Below the pieces are notes generated by a model that saw only the letters and a list, made by a program, of their open reading frames with translations, had not been told where the DNA came from and did not search any database. DNA of 55,394 nucleotides from an uncultured Gammaproteobacteria bacterium. Its GTDB lineage: Bacteria; Pseudomonadota; Gammaproteobacteria; GCA-001735895. Within the stretch, counting starts at the first letter, position 1, and every line of letters starts with the position of its first letter. The stretch spans positions 1 to 55,394 of the forward strand of contig CAWVZP010000002.1 of NCBI GenBank assembly GCA_963934675.1, read 5' to 3'. A program made the position numbers and the translations under genes. Below, in pieces: positions 23,423-33,428 of this stretch.

Positions 23423-24337
23423 TTGCTCGATAAGAATAGCGCTTTTGCTAGAGCCGTACTGTTTATTCTACTCGCGTTACTTCTGTTTGATGCCCAAGCG
23501 GCCATTATCAAACATTTAGGCGACCGTTATCCTGTGCAACAACTTGCAACGTTTCGTAATATATTTGGTTTGCTGCCGTCTATTCTAGTACTGATACTCT
23601 CACATGAGTGGCATCGTAGCGGGCGGAAAATCAGTTTTAGCCAATGGCGCTTTGGCTTATTTAGAGGATTAATTTTAGGCATAGCACAGTACTGCTTTTA
23701 TTTTGGTATAACCAAGCTAACATTTGCTACAGCAACAACGCTCACTTATATCGGACCTATTTTCATTACACTATTGTCAATCCCAATCCTCAAACATCAG
23801 GTCGGAATCTGGCGCTGGGCAGCTGTTGCCACCGGTTTTATTGGTGTTTTATTCATCGTTAGTCCGGGAACAAATATTTTCACTTTTTACGCCCTACTCC
23901 CGTTAGCTGCCTCGTTTGGTTATTCGCTCTCCACTATTTGTGTAAGGCTAATCGATAACTCAATTCCAACGGCCCTTATCAACCTGTACTCGTCAATTGG
24001 CGCACTAGTCTGTAGCTCAGGGATATTATTCTTCACAACTGGCTACGTTCCAATCAAGCAGTCGACGGACTGGCTCTGGCTGTTGACCATGGGAGTAGTG
24101 GGTGGATTTGCAGTTTTTTGCATGATTACCGCTTACCGATTAACTAAGCCTAGTAAACTATCACCTTTTGAATACTTTGGCATTCCATTCGCTTTTATTA
24201 TTGGCTGGTTATTATTTGACGAAACTCCGTTTGATCGTCTTTTTCCTGGCGTAGTATTTATTATTTCTGGCGGTTTGCTCGTCGCCTGGCGAGAACGAAA
24301 ATATAATATCACTCGCACTCAAAAGCCAACCAAATAA
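23423..24337 (+). CDS. EamA/DMT-family transporter
   Basis: 304 aa with about 10 TM helices in two similar halves, typical of the drug/metabolite transporter fold. TTG start, with no in-frame ATG nearby. Confidence 0.8.
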   Translation: MLDKNSAFARAVLFILLALLLFDAQAAIIKHLGDRYPVQQLATFRNIFGLLPSILVLILSHEWHRSGRKISFSQWRFGLFRGLILGIAQYCFYFGITKLTFATATTLTYIGPIFITLLSIPILKHQVGIWRWAAVATGFIGVLFIVSPGTNIFTFYALLPLAASFGYSLSTICVRLIDNSIPTALINLYSSIGALVCSSGILFFTTGYVPIKQSTDWLWLLTMGVVGGFAVFCMITAYRLTKPSKLSPFEYFGIPFAFIIGWLLFDETPFDRLFPGVVFIISGGLLVAWRERKYNITRTQKPTK

Positions 24338-24905
24338 TGTGCGCTTATCGCACAATGCTTTGCTAGCAGTCTATTTTTTATTTGAACGTCGCGATATTCT
24401 CAAGCTTTAAAGGCTTTGCGCAGCGTCGAATCTATGTAGCTGCTTGGCTCAGTGCTTTTTATATGCAATTAGTCAGTCCAGTAATCAGAACCAAAATGTA
24501 TCGAGCTTGAATTACCTTTAAGCATTCTTTGCTTAGAGGGGGCATAAATACGTTTTTAAAATAGCTAACGGCAGTTAACAAACCGTAACAATCAAAAAAA
24601 GAAGATCCGGAAGCCTATCTAGGCTCACATCCAACACCTTCTGTTTTTTTTACCGCCTCAATAATTTAAGCAAAAAATTATCTAAACCTAAATCCAAACG
24701 CTTTTTTAAGGGTTTTAGTTAGTCTCTCTAATGTTTCAATAAATAATTCTTAACCCTCTCACAAATTATTCTAAATATTTTTTTTAATTAATATAACCGA
24801 TAATTTCAGGTCATAAAAGGTAACCGTAAAAAGTGTCGACATTGTTCTTAATTATGTATTTAATTGTGTTTGTAAATCTTCTTCACAATATTTAAGGTCT
24901 TTTTT

Positions 24906-25475
24906 ATGGGAAATAGATTATCGGCTATCGTTACTCGGACAGGTGACGAAGGCAGTACAGGATTGGCTGACGGGTCACGCCTTGCTAAAGATGATATTAG
25001 GATTCACTGTCTTGGTGAAGTAGACGAACTCAATGCAATGATTGGCGTTACTTTAACTTTTATTGAGGACGATCGGATTGCTGAGGTCCTCACTATAGTT
25101 CAACATGACCTATTTGATATTGGTGCTGAACTCTGCCAGCCAGGAAAGTCTTTGATTCAGGCAAATCATGTCGACGCTGTAGAATTAGCGACAGAGGAAT
25201 TTAATGAACCCCTACCGCCATTGAAAGAATTTATTTTGCCCGCTGGCTCTCAAGCCACTGCTTTTTTGCATCTGGCTAGAACTGTTTGTCGCCGAATAGA
25301 GCGTTCATTAGTAACACTCAAGGTAGAAGGCAAATCTAACTCAGCAACAAATCAATATATAAACCGGCTGTCAGATTTGCTATTTATACTGTCTCGATCG
25401 GTCTCAATGAGAAAGGGAGGAACTGAAGTTTATTGGCAATCGAAGTACTCTCGCCTAAAAAATCCTAAGTTGTAG
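24906..25475 (+). CDS. ATP:cob(I)alamin adenosyltransferase, PduO/MMAB type
   Basis: The N-terminus IVTRTGDEGSTGLADGSRLAKDD, then VQHDLFDIGAEL and a helical-bundle length of 189 aa, match the PduO-type family. Confidence 0.88.
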   Translation: MGNRLSAIVTRTGDEGSTGLADGSRLAKDDIRIHCLGEVDELNAMIGVTLTFIEDDRIAEVLTIVQHDLFDIGAELCQPGKSLIQANHVDAVELATEEFNEPLPPLKEFILPAGSQATAFLHLARTVCRRIERSLVTLKVEGKSNSATNQYINRLSDLLFILSRSVSMRKGGTEVYWQSKYSRLKNPKL

Positions 25476-25493
25476 GTTCTGAAAGATGTCAAA

Positions 25494-25522
25494 GCTTCTT
25501 TAACGGCGTCAGTTAAAGAAGC
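25494..25522. terminator. hairpin between the convergent adenosyltransferase and motY-like genes
   Basis: GCTTCTTTAAC-ggcgtca-GTTAAAGAAGC has an 11-bp perfect stem and a 7-nt loop. There is no clear U-tract on either strand. Confidence 0.5.
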
Positions 25523-25549
25523 GAACTGAATTAAGACTCCCTCTAAAGC

Positions 25550-26431
25550 CTAACGCCTTAGCTCGACCGTTACACGGCGATTGGCTGCCAAGTCAGCTTT
25601 CGTTTTGCCATTCTTATAAGGCTTACTTTCTCCGTAGTAATCCACTCGAAGAAAATCTGGGTCGCCCCCTTGTTGCACCAGCAGATCGTAAACATATCGG
25701 GCGCGTCTTGATGCCAAAACATCGTTATAGCAAACGCTACCTGTATGATCGGCGTAGCCAGAAATAATGATCTCCTTGATTGATCTATCGACTGCAAGAT
25801 AACCTAGTAAGTCAATAAATGCCGTTTTCTCTTCAGCCATCAACGGAAATTCATCGTCACTTCTAAAGTGGATTTTTGCAAACTTAACATCATCATAATG
25901 ATGAGGGTAGAGATCATTGACACATTTCTCAAATTCGCTTTCGGCATCCCGAAAGCGCACGGTTGACATCAGCACCGTCATCGAATCATACAGATTTATA
26001 TTTTTTGCAAAAAAGAATCCCGGCTGAAACCCCCCATGTAATTCAAGGTAGGCAAGTTTTGCAGGCCTGCCGGGAATATTTAGCAACATGTTCTGCCCAC
26101 TGGTTTCTAGACTAGCTAACTTAATCGGCTGATTTAATGATTTCCAATTGGGAGATTGAGAAACTAGCTCAACATCAAGTCCGTCACTAAAATTTAACTC
26201 GGTAACCAGTTTTAAATGCAGCTTTCGCCCAGCTTCACGAGAAAATATTGCTTTACCAAAATTAGGAATTATATGTTCCATCTCACAAATTAAGCGACTG
26301 GCGGATGTTATTGTCCATCTCGATTCCTCCATCGGCGCCTCATATTGCCGCTCGATAGCGCTCGATTGCGAAACGAAACCCATAAGGCCGATTAATAGGA
26401 TATTTAGTAGTATTAATAGCTTAGATCGCAT
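25550..26431 (-). CDS. motY: OmpA/MotB-domain periplasmic protein, probable flagellar T-ring protein MotY
   Basis: Signal peptide MRSKLLILLNILLIGLMGFVSQSSA. The N-terminal region (RQYEAPMEESRWTI....RLICEMEHIIPNFGKAIFSREAGRKL) resembles the MotY N-domain as I recall it from Vibrio. The C-terminal peptidoglycan-binding OmpA-like domain reads GYADHTGS..YNDVLASRRARYVYDLL...NRRVTVEL. I prefer the ATG at 26431. The ORF-track TTG is at 26455. Confidence 0.6.
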   Translation of the reverse strand: MRSKLLILLNILLIGLMGFVSQSSAIERQYEAPMEESRWTITSASRLICEMEHIIPNFGKAIFSREAGRKLHLKLVTELNFSDGLDVELVSQSPNWKSLNQPIKLASLETSGQNMLLNIPGRPAKLAYLELHGGFQPGFFFAKNINLYDSMTVLMSTVRFRDAESEFEKCVNDLYPHHYDDVKFAKIHFRSDDEFPLMAEEKTAFIDLLGYLAVDRSIKEIIISGYADHTGSVCYNDVLASRRARYVYDLLVQQGGDPDFLRVDYYGESKPYKNGKTKADLAANRRVTVELRR

Positions 26432-26476
26432 AATCACTATTATCGGTAAGCCCAACCAATTCTTAAGGGCTGATTT

Positions 26477-27298
26477 TTAAATTCCGAAAAATTTGAGCAC
26501 GGCTTCGGCAAACTGTTTTGGTTGTTCGGCGTGTAACCAATGATTGGCACCGTTAAGTACTTTAAACTGAGGCTTCTCGAAGTGTAGGTTGATAGCATCC
26601 TTACCGTTCTCATCAACGTAATCAGAAAGTTCTCCGCTAATAAAAAGTGCCGGCGTATTCACCTTCCAGGACTTGATTGAAGTCCCATGCAAAACTGAAC
26701 CACGGTCTAAACTTGGGAAACCTTTTATTTTATCGATATGCTGTTTTATCGAGGACCAGTTGATTTTCCAGCGCCACAGATCAGGTTCACTCGGCTCACG
26801 AAACAGACTTTGTAATAAAAACTGGCGTAGCTGAGCATTTGAAATATCAGCTTGTAGTGCTTTATCAATGGCGGCACGACTATCCATTTCATCTAGTTTT
26901 AATGCCATCACAGGATCAATTAAATGATCATAATTATGCTCATAAGCAATCGGAGCTATATCTGCAATAACTAGCTGTGACAAAAGCTGTGGATACTGCG
27001 ATGCGAACAACATAGCAACCTTGCCGCCCATGCTGTGCCCAATTAACCGACAAGACTTGATGCCTAAATGATTAAGCAGCTGATGAACATCGCCAACCAT
27101 AGCGGGGTAATCCATCACATCACTCTGAAAAGAATCGCCGTGATTACGCAGATCAAGCGTTAATACATCAAAGTATTTAGCGAAAACTTTTGAAAGCGAT
27201 TGCCAATTTTTACTCGAACCAAGCAATCCATGCAATATTACAAGAGGCTCACCCTGGCCGATTCTGACATAGTTAAGCACTGCTTTATTATTCCTCAC
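26477..27298 (-). CDS. alpha/beta-fold hydrolase (YbfF-like esterase)
   Basis: LHGLLGS oxyanion region, GHSMGG nucleophile elbow and C-terminal NHWLHAEQP His. GTG start. Confidence 0.8.
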   Translation of the reverse strand: MRNNKAVLNYVRIGQGEPLVILHGLLGSSKNWQSLSKVFAKYFDVLTLDLRNHGDSFQSDVMDYPAMVGDVHQLLNHLGIKSCRLIGHSMGGKVAMLFASQYPQLLSQLVIADIAPIAYEHNYDHLIDPVMALKLDEMDSRAAIDKALQADISNAQLRQFLLQSLFREPSEPDLWRWKINWSSIKQHIDKIKGFPSLDRGSVLHGTSIKSWKVNTPALFISGELSDYVDENGKDAINLHFEKPQFKVLNGANHWLHAEQPKQFAEAVLKFFGI

Positions 27299-27326
27299 TG
27301 AGATAAGTTATTGTAATGGTAACTTC

Positions 27327-27357
27327 GACTGGCATTCGTTCAGGTTAAATGCCAGTC
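27327..27357 (-). terminator. hairpin downstream of lpdA (end of the pdh operon)
   Basis: GACTGGCAT-13 nt-ATGCCAGTC has a 9-bp perfect stem and lies 9 nt after the lpdA stop. No U-tract follows on the reverse strand. Confidence 0.45.
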
Positions 27358-27365
27358 CAGAATCA

Positions 27366-29126
27366 CTACTTTCGCTTAGGAATAAATAGATCAGTAATAG
27401 TGCCCTCGGCCATCTCAGCCGCAAAATTAAAGGTTTCTGACAGGGTTGGATGAGGATGAATAGTTAAACTAATATCTTCCATATCAGCACCCATTTCCAG
27501 CGCAAGCACGGCTTCGGCAATCAGTTCGCCCGCATTCACACCAACGATTCCTGCGCCCAGAAGGCGTTTTGTTTCTTTATCAAACAGCACCTTAGTCAAT
27601 CCTTCATCCCGATCATTACCGAGTGCTCGACCACTTGCTGCCCAAGGGAAAGTACCTTTCTCATATTCAATTCCTTGCTTCTTAGCCTCGATTTCAGTGA
27701 GCCCCATCCACGCAACTTCAGGATCAGTATAGGCAACCGACGGAATTGTTTTAGGTTCGAAGCAAGACTTCATGCCACTAATCACTTCTGCTGCAACTTT
27801 AGCTTCATGAGTTGCTTTATGTGCCAACATTGGGCCACCAACAATGTCACCAATGGCAAAAATATTAGCGACATTGGTGCGCATTTGATTATCTACTTGA
27901 ATAAATCCAGCTTCATCAACATGAACACCTGCTTTATCAGCACCTATTTTCAACCCATTGGGTCGACGCCCAACAGCAACCAAAACTTTATCATACGCCT
28001 GTGGCTCAGGTGCATTAGTGCCTTCGAAGCTCACTTTCAAACCAGTCTTTTGAGGTTTGATGTCAGACACGTTAGTGTTCAAATAAATCGCTTTATATTT
28101 TTTTGAAATACGTTTACTTAAAGGTCGAACTAAATCTTTATCACAACCAGGCATGAGACTATCCATGAATTCTACTACTGACACTTCTGAACCAAGTGCG
28201 TCATAGATAGTTGCCATCTCAAGCCCAATAATACCACCACCCACTATCAGCAATGTCTTCGGTATGCTGGTTACATTGAGTGCATCTGTTGAATCCATTA
28301 AGCGCTTATCGTCATTAGGAAACACGGGGATCTGTGTTGGTTGAGAGCCTGCAGCAATAATACAATTATCAAAATAAATTAACGTCTCGACACCATCTTT
28401 TGTGACCAACAAATGATGTTGATCGACAAATTTGCCCGCACCTGTAATCACGTCAACTTTGCGCTGTTTTGCGAGCTGCTCAAGACCACCCGTCAATTTA
28501 GCAACGACTTTATTCTTGAAGCCATCAACCCCTGCCAAATCAATTTTTGGTTTACCGAAATCGACTCCATTCTCTTTCATATGCTCAGCTTCATTCAGCA
28601 TTTGCGCTGTATGCAGTAATGCTTTTGATGGAATACAACCGACGTTTAAACAAACACCACCGAGTGTATCGTAGCGCTCAACTAAGGTTACCTTTTTACC
28701 TAAGTCGGCGGCACGAAAGGCTGCGGTATACCCGCCAGGCCCTGCGCCCAACACCAGTACTTCGGTCGTTATTTCTGTTTTTACTTTTGTATTATCTGCT
28801 GAACCGGTTGACACTAGTTCCTCCTGATGGTCGTTGTTCGTTGTTTCGGGTTGATGATCTGCTGTAGTAATATCATTTAATGATACTTCATCAGTGTTTA
28901 TACTGCATAGCACACTACCTTGAGCAATCTTATCGCCTACTGATACTAATATTTCGCTCACTGTGCCAGCTTGCGGTGAAGGTATATCCATTGAGGCCTT
29001 ATCTGACTCCAAAGTCAGAATTGGGTCTTCAACGCTGATTTGGTCGCCAACGGCTACATGTAATTCGATAATTTCGACACTGTCGAACCCACCAATATCG
29101 GGCAGCTCAATTTGTTTTATACTCAT
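27366..29126 (-). CDS. lpdA: dihydrolipoyl dehydrogenase (E3) with an N-terminal lipoyl domain
   Basis: Residues 1-75 form a lipoyl domain (LTLESDKASMDIPSP). A Thr/Glu-rich linker follows, then GAGPGGY FAD binding and the GGVCLNVGCIPSK redox disulfide. 586 aa. Confidence 0.95.
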   Translation of the reverse strand: MSIKQIELPDIGGFDSVEIIELHVAVGDQISVEDPILTLESDKASMDIPSPQAGTVSEILVSVGDKIAQGSVLCSINTDEVSLNDITTADHQPETTNNDHQEELVSTGSADNTKVKTEITTEVLVLGAGPGGYTAAFRAADLGKKVTLVERYDTLGGVCLNVGCIPSKALLHTAQMLNEAEHMKENGVDFGKPKIDLAGVDGFKNKVVAKLTGGLEQLAKQRKVDVITGAGKFVDQHHLLVTKDGVETLIYFDNCIIAAGSQPTQIPVFPNDDKRLMDSTDALNVTSIPKTLLIVGGGIIGLEMATIYDALGSEVSVVEFMDSLMPGCDKDLVRPLSKRISKKYKAIYLNTNVSDIKPQKTGLKVSFEGTNAPEPQAYDKVLVAVGRRPNGLKIGADKAGVHVDEAGFIQVDNQMRTNVANIFAIGDIVGGPMLAHKATHEAKVAAEVISGMKSCFEPKTIPSVAYTDPEVAWMGLTEIEAKKQGIEYEKGTFPWAASGRALGNDRDEGLTKVLFDKETKRLLGAGIVGVNAGELIAEAVLALEMGADMEDISLTIHPHPTLSETFNFAAEMAEGTITDLFIPKRK

Positions 29127-29128
29127 GA

Positions 29129-30463
29129 TTATAATAATACTCGTCTAATATCGGTCATTACCTGACTCAGGAAACTGGTAAATTTAGCACCCTGAGCGCC
29201 GTCAATGACACGATGATCATAGGACAGTGCCAGCGGTAAAATTAACCCCGCACTAAAGCTACCATCAGCCTCAAAGACCGGTTGCATTTTAGCTTTTGCG
29301 ACGCCCAAAATAGCAACTTCTGGCGCGTTCACAATCGGTGTAAAATTAGTGCCACCAATACCACCCAAACTGGATATAGTGAAACAACCACCTTGCATAT
29401 CAGCGGGTAATAGCTTGCCATTGCGGGCGCGTTCTGCGGTCGAAGCTAGCTCTGCCGCCAGGTCGTATAGGCCTTTTTTATCCACATCACGAATGACTGG
29501 TACCATAAGACCGTTGGGCGTATCCACTGCAACGCCGATATGAAAGTACTTTTTCAGTATCAAGCGTTCGCCGCTGTTTTCCAGCGAGGCATTAAAGCGT
29601 GGAAACTCCTGCAACGCGGCAACCACTGCTTTCATCATAAACACTAGTGGTGTCAGCCGTACCCCTTTTTTCTCAGCTTCACTTTTAAGTGATTTTCGAA
29701 ACGTTTCCAACTCGGTTATATTAGCTTCATCGAACTGAGTGACATGGGGCACACTCACCCAGCTACGGAGCAAATGAGCACCTGATATTTTCTGGATGCG
29801 ACTCAATGGTATGGGTTCAATTTCACCAAATTTTGAAAAGTCGATGGCAGGCATAGCCGATACCGTAGCTCCACCACTAGTAGGAGCAGCCGATAAGCTC
29901 GCTTTAATAAAGGCCTTTACGTCTTCCTTCAGGATTCGGCCTTTGACGCCGGTTGCAATCACCAATTCTAAATTGACACCCAATTCTCTGGCATGACGTC
30001 GAATCGATGGACTGGCATGGATCAGCTTAGCTGATCGATTTTCTGCCTGATTAACCGGAGAAACAACCGCTGGTTTAACTATTTTGTGCTCTTCTGGCGA
30101 TTTGGCCTCTGCTACTTCGACTGTCGGCATTGCTTCAGACGCTTTTGCTACTGCCGGTGCTGGTTTGCTTTGTGCCGGTGTTGGCTCAGCTTCTGTCGGT
30201 GTTGGTTCATCCAACTTTACTTCGGCTACCTCAAGTTTAGCAATTTCAGTGCCTTCTGAAATTCGATCGCCAACATTAATGTGAACTGACATTACCTTAC
30301 CAGAATAAGGGCTCGGGATTTCCATAGATGCTTTGTCGGATTCCAGAATAATAATTGGATCTTCTGCTTCAATCACATCGCCAGGCACTATCAGCACTTC
30401 AATGATTTCGATGTCATCGAAGTCACCCAAGGCCGGTAACGTTATTGTTTGTAGTTCTGCCAC
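29129..30463 (-). CDS. aceF: pyruvate dehydrogenase E2 dihydrolipoamide acetyltransferase (single lipoyl domain)
   Basis: One lipoyl domain (ILESDKASMEIPSP), an Ala/Pro-rich linker, an E3-binding domain (ASPSIRRHARELGV) and a catalytic domain with DHRVIDGA. Confidence 0.95.
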   Translation of the reverse strand: MAELQTITLPALGDFDDIEIIEVLIVPGDVIEAEDPIIILESDKASMEIPSPYSGKVMSVHINVGDRISEGTEIAKLEVAEVKLDEPTPTEAEPTPAQSKPAPAVAKASEAMPTVEVAEAKSPEEHKIVKPAVVSPVNQAENRSAKLIHASPSIRRHARELGVNLELVIATGVKGRILKEDVKAFIKASLSAAPTSGGATVSAMPAIDFSKFGEIEPIPLSRIQKISGAHLLRSWVSVPHVTQFDEANITELETFRKSLKSEAEKKGVRLTPLVFMMKAVVAALQEFPRFNASLENSGERLILKKYFHIGVAVDTPNGLMVPVIRDVDKKGLYDLAAELASTAERARNGKLLPADMQGGCFTISSLGGIGGTNFTPIVNAPEVAILGVAKAKMQPVFEADGSFSAGLILPLALSYDHRVIDGAQGAKFTSFLSQVMTDIRRVLL

Positions 30464-30484
30464 GGTTATCTCCTTAACTACTGA

Positions 30485-33142
30485 CTATACGGTCATAGGG
30501 TTTGGTTTTTCTGGATCAATTTTATATTTTTTGATCGCCTGCTGCACTACTTTGTCTTCTATGTCACCCGCATCTGCCAGTGCCTTAAGTGCGGCAACAA
30601 CAACATAGTAACGATTTACTTCAAAGAAAATGCGTAGATTAGCTCGCGTATCACTTCGCCCATAACCATCGGTTCCAAGTGTGCTAAATGGCATTGGAAC
30701 ATACTCACGTAGTTGACTTACAAATGCACGGGTATAATCTGTTGCCATTACTGCAGGCCCTTTACGCCCGTCCAGTTGAGTTTCAAGGAAACTCTTTTTG
30801 GCTTTTTTCATTGGGTGAAGTTGATTCCACCGTGTGCAGTCTGACGCTTCACGTGCCAACTCGTTAACACTGGTGACACTCCATACATCAGAGTTAATAT
30901 CAAAATCCTGCTTAAGTAATTCTGACGCTTCTAGTACTTCGCGCAAGATAGTCCCTGACCCCATAAGCTGAACTTTTTTGCCTTTTTCATCCCCTTCTTG
31001 CAGGCAGTAAATACCTTTGATAATACCTTGCTCAGCGCCTTTTGGCAGGGCTCGATGACTGTAGTTTTCATTCATCACAGTGACATAGTAAAAAACTCTA
31101 TCATTTAATTGAAACATACGCTTCATGCCATCGTGAATGATAACGGCGAGCTCATAGGCATAGGTTGGATCATAAGACACACAGTTGGGAATGGTACCTG
31201 CTACGATAAGACTATGACCATCCTGATGCTGCAAACCCTCGCCAGCGAGTGTTGTCCTTCCTGCTGTGCCACCCATCAAAAAGCCCCGTACCTGCATGTC
31301 GCCTGCAGCCCAGGCCAGGTCGCCAACTCGTTGAAAACCAAACATTGAGTAATAGATATAAAAAGGCATCATGTTAATACCGTGGGAGCTGTAGGCTGAC
31401 CCAGCAGCAATCCAAGAGGACATCGCACCAGCCTCATTGATACCTTCCTGTAAGATCTGACCTTTGACATCTTCGCGGTAATACATCACCTGGTCTGAAT
31501 CCATGGGTTCGTATAACTGGCCTTTACAGGAGTAAATTCCGAGTTGACGGAACATGCCTTCCATGCCAAAAGTACGGGCTTCATCGGGGACGATGGGGAC
31601 GACATTTTTACCGATCTGTTTGTCACGAGTTAAAGTTGACAGAATTCGGACAAATGCCATCGTGGTGGAAAACTCTCTTTCGCCACTGTCTTTCAGTAAT
31701 GCGCTAAAAATATCGAGGCTCGGTATGACCAGTGGCTCTGCAGTATCTTGACGCTGGGGCATATAACCACCCAGCTTTTCACGTTGGGCACGCATGTATT
31801 TCATCTCTACACTGTCTTCTGGAAACTTGTAGAAAGGTGCTTCTGCAATTTTTTCGTCATCGATCGGAATATCAAAACGATCACGAAATGCTTTGAGTGC
31901 ATGCTCGCCCATTTTTTTCTGAGAGTGAGTAATGTTCTGTCCTTCGCCAGCTTCGCCCATGCCGTAACCTTTAACCGTTTTGGCTAGGATTACGGTTGGA
32001 CGACCTTCGTGTTCGGCTGCCTCGGCATAAGCCGCATACACTTTGTGTGGATCATGCCCACCTCGATTGAGTCGCCAAATATCTTCATCCGACATATCCG
32101 CAACCATTTCGAGTAGTTCAGGGTATTTGCCGAAAAAGTGCTCTCTAGTATAAGCGCCGCCCTTCGCTTTATAAGCTTGATATTCCCCATCAACGGCTTC
32201 TTCCATACGTTTTAGCAGTAGGCCGTCTTTGTCTTTGGCCAGTAAAGTATCCCAGTAAGAACCCCAAACTACTTTAATGACGTTCCATCCAGCACCACGG
32301 AATACGGCTTCTAGCTCCTGAATGATTTTGCCATTGCCACGAACGGGGCCATCTAACCGCTGTAGGTTACAGTTAACTACAAATACAAGATTATCTAAAT
32401 TTTCGCGCGTAGCTAACGAGATAGCACCCAGTGATTCAGGCTCGTCCATTTCACCGTCACCCATAAAAGCCCAAACTTTACGCTTCTGCCTTGGCAAGAT
32501 TTCGCGGTTTTCAAGATACTTCATGAATCTTGCTTGATAAATAGCCATCAACGGCCCAAGCCCCATCGACACCGTAGGAAATTGCCAGAAGTCTGGCATC
32601 AGCCAAGGGTGGGGGTAAGATGACAACCCGTTGGGATTACTGGCTTCCTGACGAAATGCTTTAAGTTGCTCTTCGCTTAGGCGTCCTTCAAGAAATGCTC
32701 TTGCATAAATACCGGGCGCTGAATGGCCCTGATAAAATACGAGATCACCCTTATTTTCTTCAGTGGGTGCTCGGAAGAAATGACTAAACGCCACATCGTA
32801 TAAAGTAGCAGCCGAGGCAAAGCTTGCGATATGCCCACCTAGTTCAGATGATTTTCGATTGGCATGCACTACCATCGCGGCAGCGTTCCAACGAATCACT
32901 GATCGAATTCTGTGTTCAATTGCCTGATCGCCCGGAATGGGTCGCTGCTGTGAAACAGGTATTGTATTAACGTAGGCAGTCTTGGCTGAATAGGGTAGAT
33001 AAGCACCCGAACGCCTTGCTTTATCGATTAACTGTTCAAGCAGAAAATGCGCCCTTTCTGGGCCTTCTCTCTCTAATACGGACTCAAGGGATTCAATCCA
33101 TTCCAAAGTTTCTTGCGGGTCGAAATCTGTTTCATTTGCCAT
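30485..33142 (-). CDS. aceE: pyruvate dehydrogenase E1 component (homodimeric type)
   Basis: 885 aa with the ThDP motif GDGEMDEPESLGA...NLQRLDGPV. Lies upstream of aceF-lpdA. Confidence 0.97.
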   Translation of the reverse strand: MANETDFDPQETLEWIESLESVLEREGPERAHFLLEQLIDKARRSGAYLPYSAKTAYVNTIPVSQQRPIPGDQAIEHRIRSVIRWNAAAMVVHANRKSSELGGHIASFASAATLYDVAFSHFFRAPTEENKGDLVFYQGHSAPGIYARAFLEGRLSEEQLKAFRQEASNPNGLSSYPHPWLMPDFWQFPTVSMGLGPLMAIYQARFMKYLENREILPRQKRKVWAFMGDGEMDEPESLGAISLATRENLDNLVFVVNCNLQRLDGPVRGNGKIIQELEAVFRGAGWNVIKVVWGSYWDTLLAKDKDGLLLKRMEEAVDGEYQAYKAKGGAYTREHFFGKYPELLEMVADMSDEDIWRLNRGGHDPHKVYAAYAEAAEHEGRPTVILAKTVKGYGMGEAGEGQNITHSQKKMGEHALKAFRDRFDIPIDDEKIAEAPFYKFPEDSVEMKYMRAQREKLGGYMPQRQDTAEPLVIPSLDIFSALLKDSGEREFSTTMAFVRILSTLTRDKQIGKNVVPIVPDEARTFGMEGMFRQLGIYSCKGQLYEPMDSDQVMYYREDVKGQILQEGINEAGAMSSWIAAGSAYSSHGINMMPFYIYYSMFGFQRVGDLAWAAGDMQVRGFLMGGTAGRTTLAGEGLQHQDGHSLIVAGTIPNCVSYDPTYAYELAVIIHDGMKRMFQLNDRVFYYVTVMNENYSHRALPKGAEQGIIKGIYCLQEGDEKGKKVQLMGSGTILREVLEASELLKQDFDINSDVWSVTSVNELAREASDCTRWNQLHPMKKAKKSFLETQLDGRKGPAVMATDYTRAFVSQLREYVPMPFSTLGTDGYGRSDTRANLRIFFEVNRYYVVVAALKALADAGDIEDKVVQQAIKKYKIDPEKPNPMTV

Positions 33143-33428
33143 TGATCACTCGCTTAGCGGTGTTATTTGAGCGCGGCTATCTTTGTCTGCGATAGCCCTG
33201 ATAATTTCTATTTAATTCTTTATAGTCTGCCATAAATCGACGAGATGAATATTTAATAAAGAATAATTAATGTCATACTGTAATCTTTATGCTGCATATT
33301 AACCGTTAACGTTCAATTAGCCTCATAATTAGTTTTAATATAAATAGCTCGACTATCATTAAAACGCTAATCTTCATAGACGATATAATCGCAACCACCA
33401 ATAGTTACCCCCACAAATTAAAAACACT

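Noticed and set aside
24338-24905. Cobalamin riboswitch upstream of the PduO-type adenosyltransferase gene
   Set aside because: I could not find a B12-box-like element or the conserved GCCACTG-type core on either strand. The region is mostly AT-rich low-complexity DNA. A covariance-model scan would be decisive.
5093-27357. A possible REP-like repeat family, because the hairpins at 5093-5111 and 27327-27357 share GCCAGT/ACTGGC arms
   Set aside because: The shared core is only 6-7 nt. Even 12-mer matches are expected many times by chance in 55 kb, by a rough estimate of order 100. No longer shared flanks are visible.
33175-33197. The GGCTATC-N9-GATAGCC hairpin in the aceE leader, and a search for a PdhR box (AATTGGT...ACCAATT)
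   Set aside because: The stem is only 7 bp with no associated signal, and no PdhR-like palindrome is visible in 33143-33428. There is not enough evidence to assign a function.
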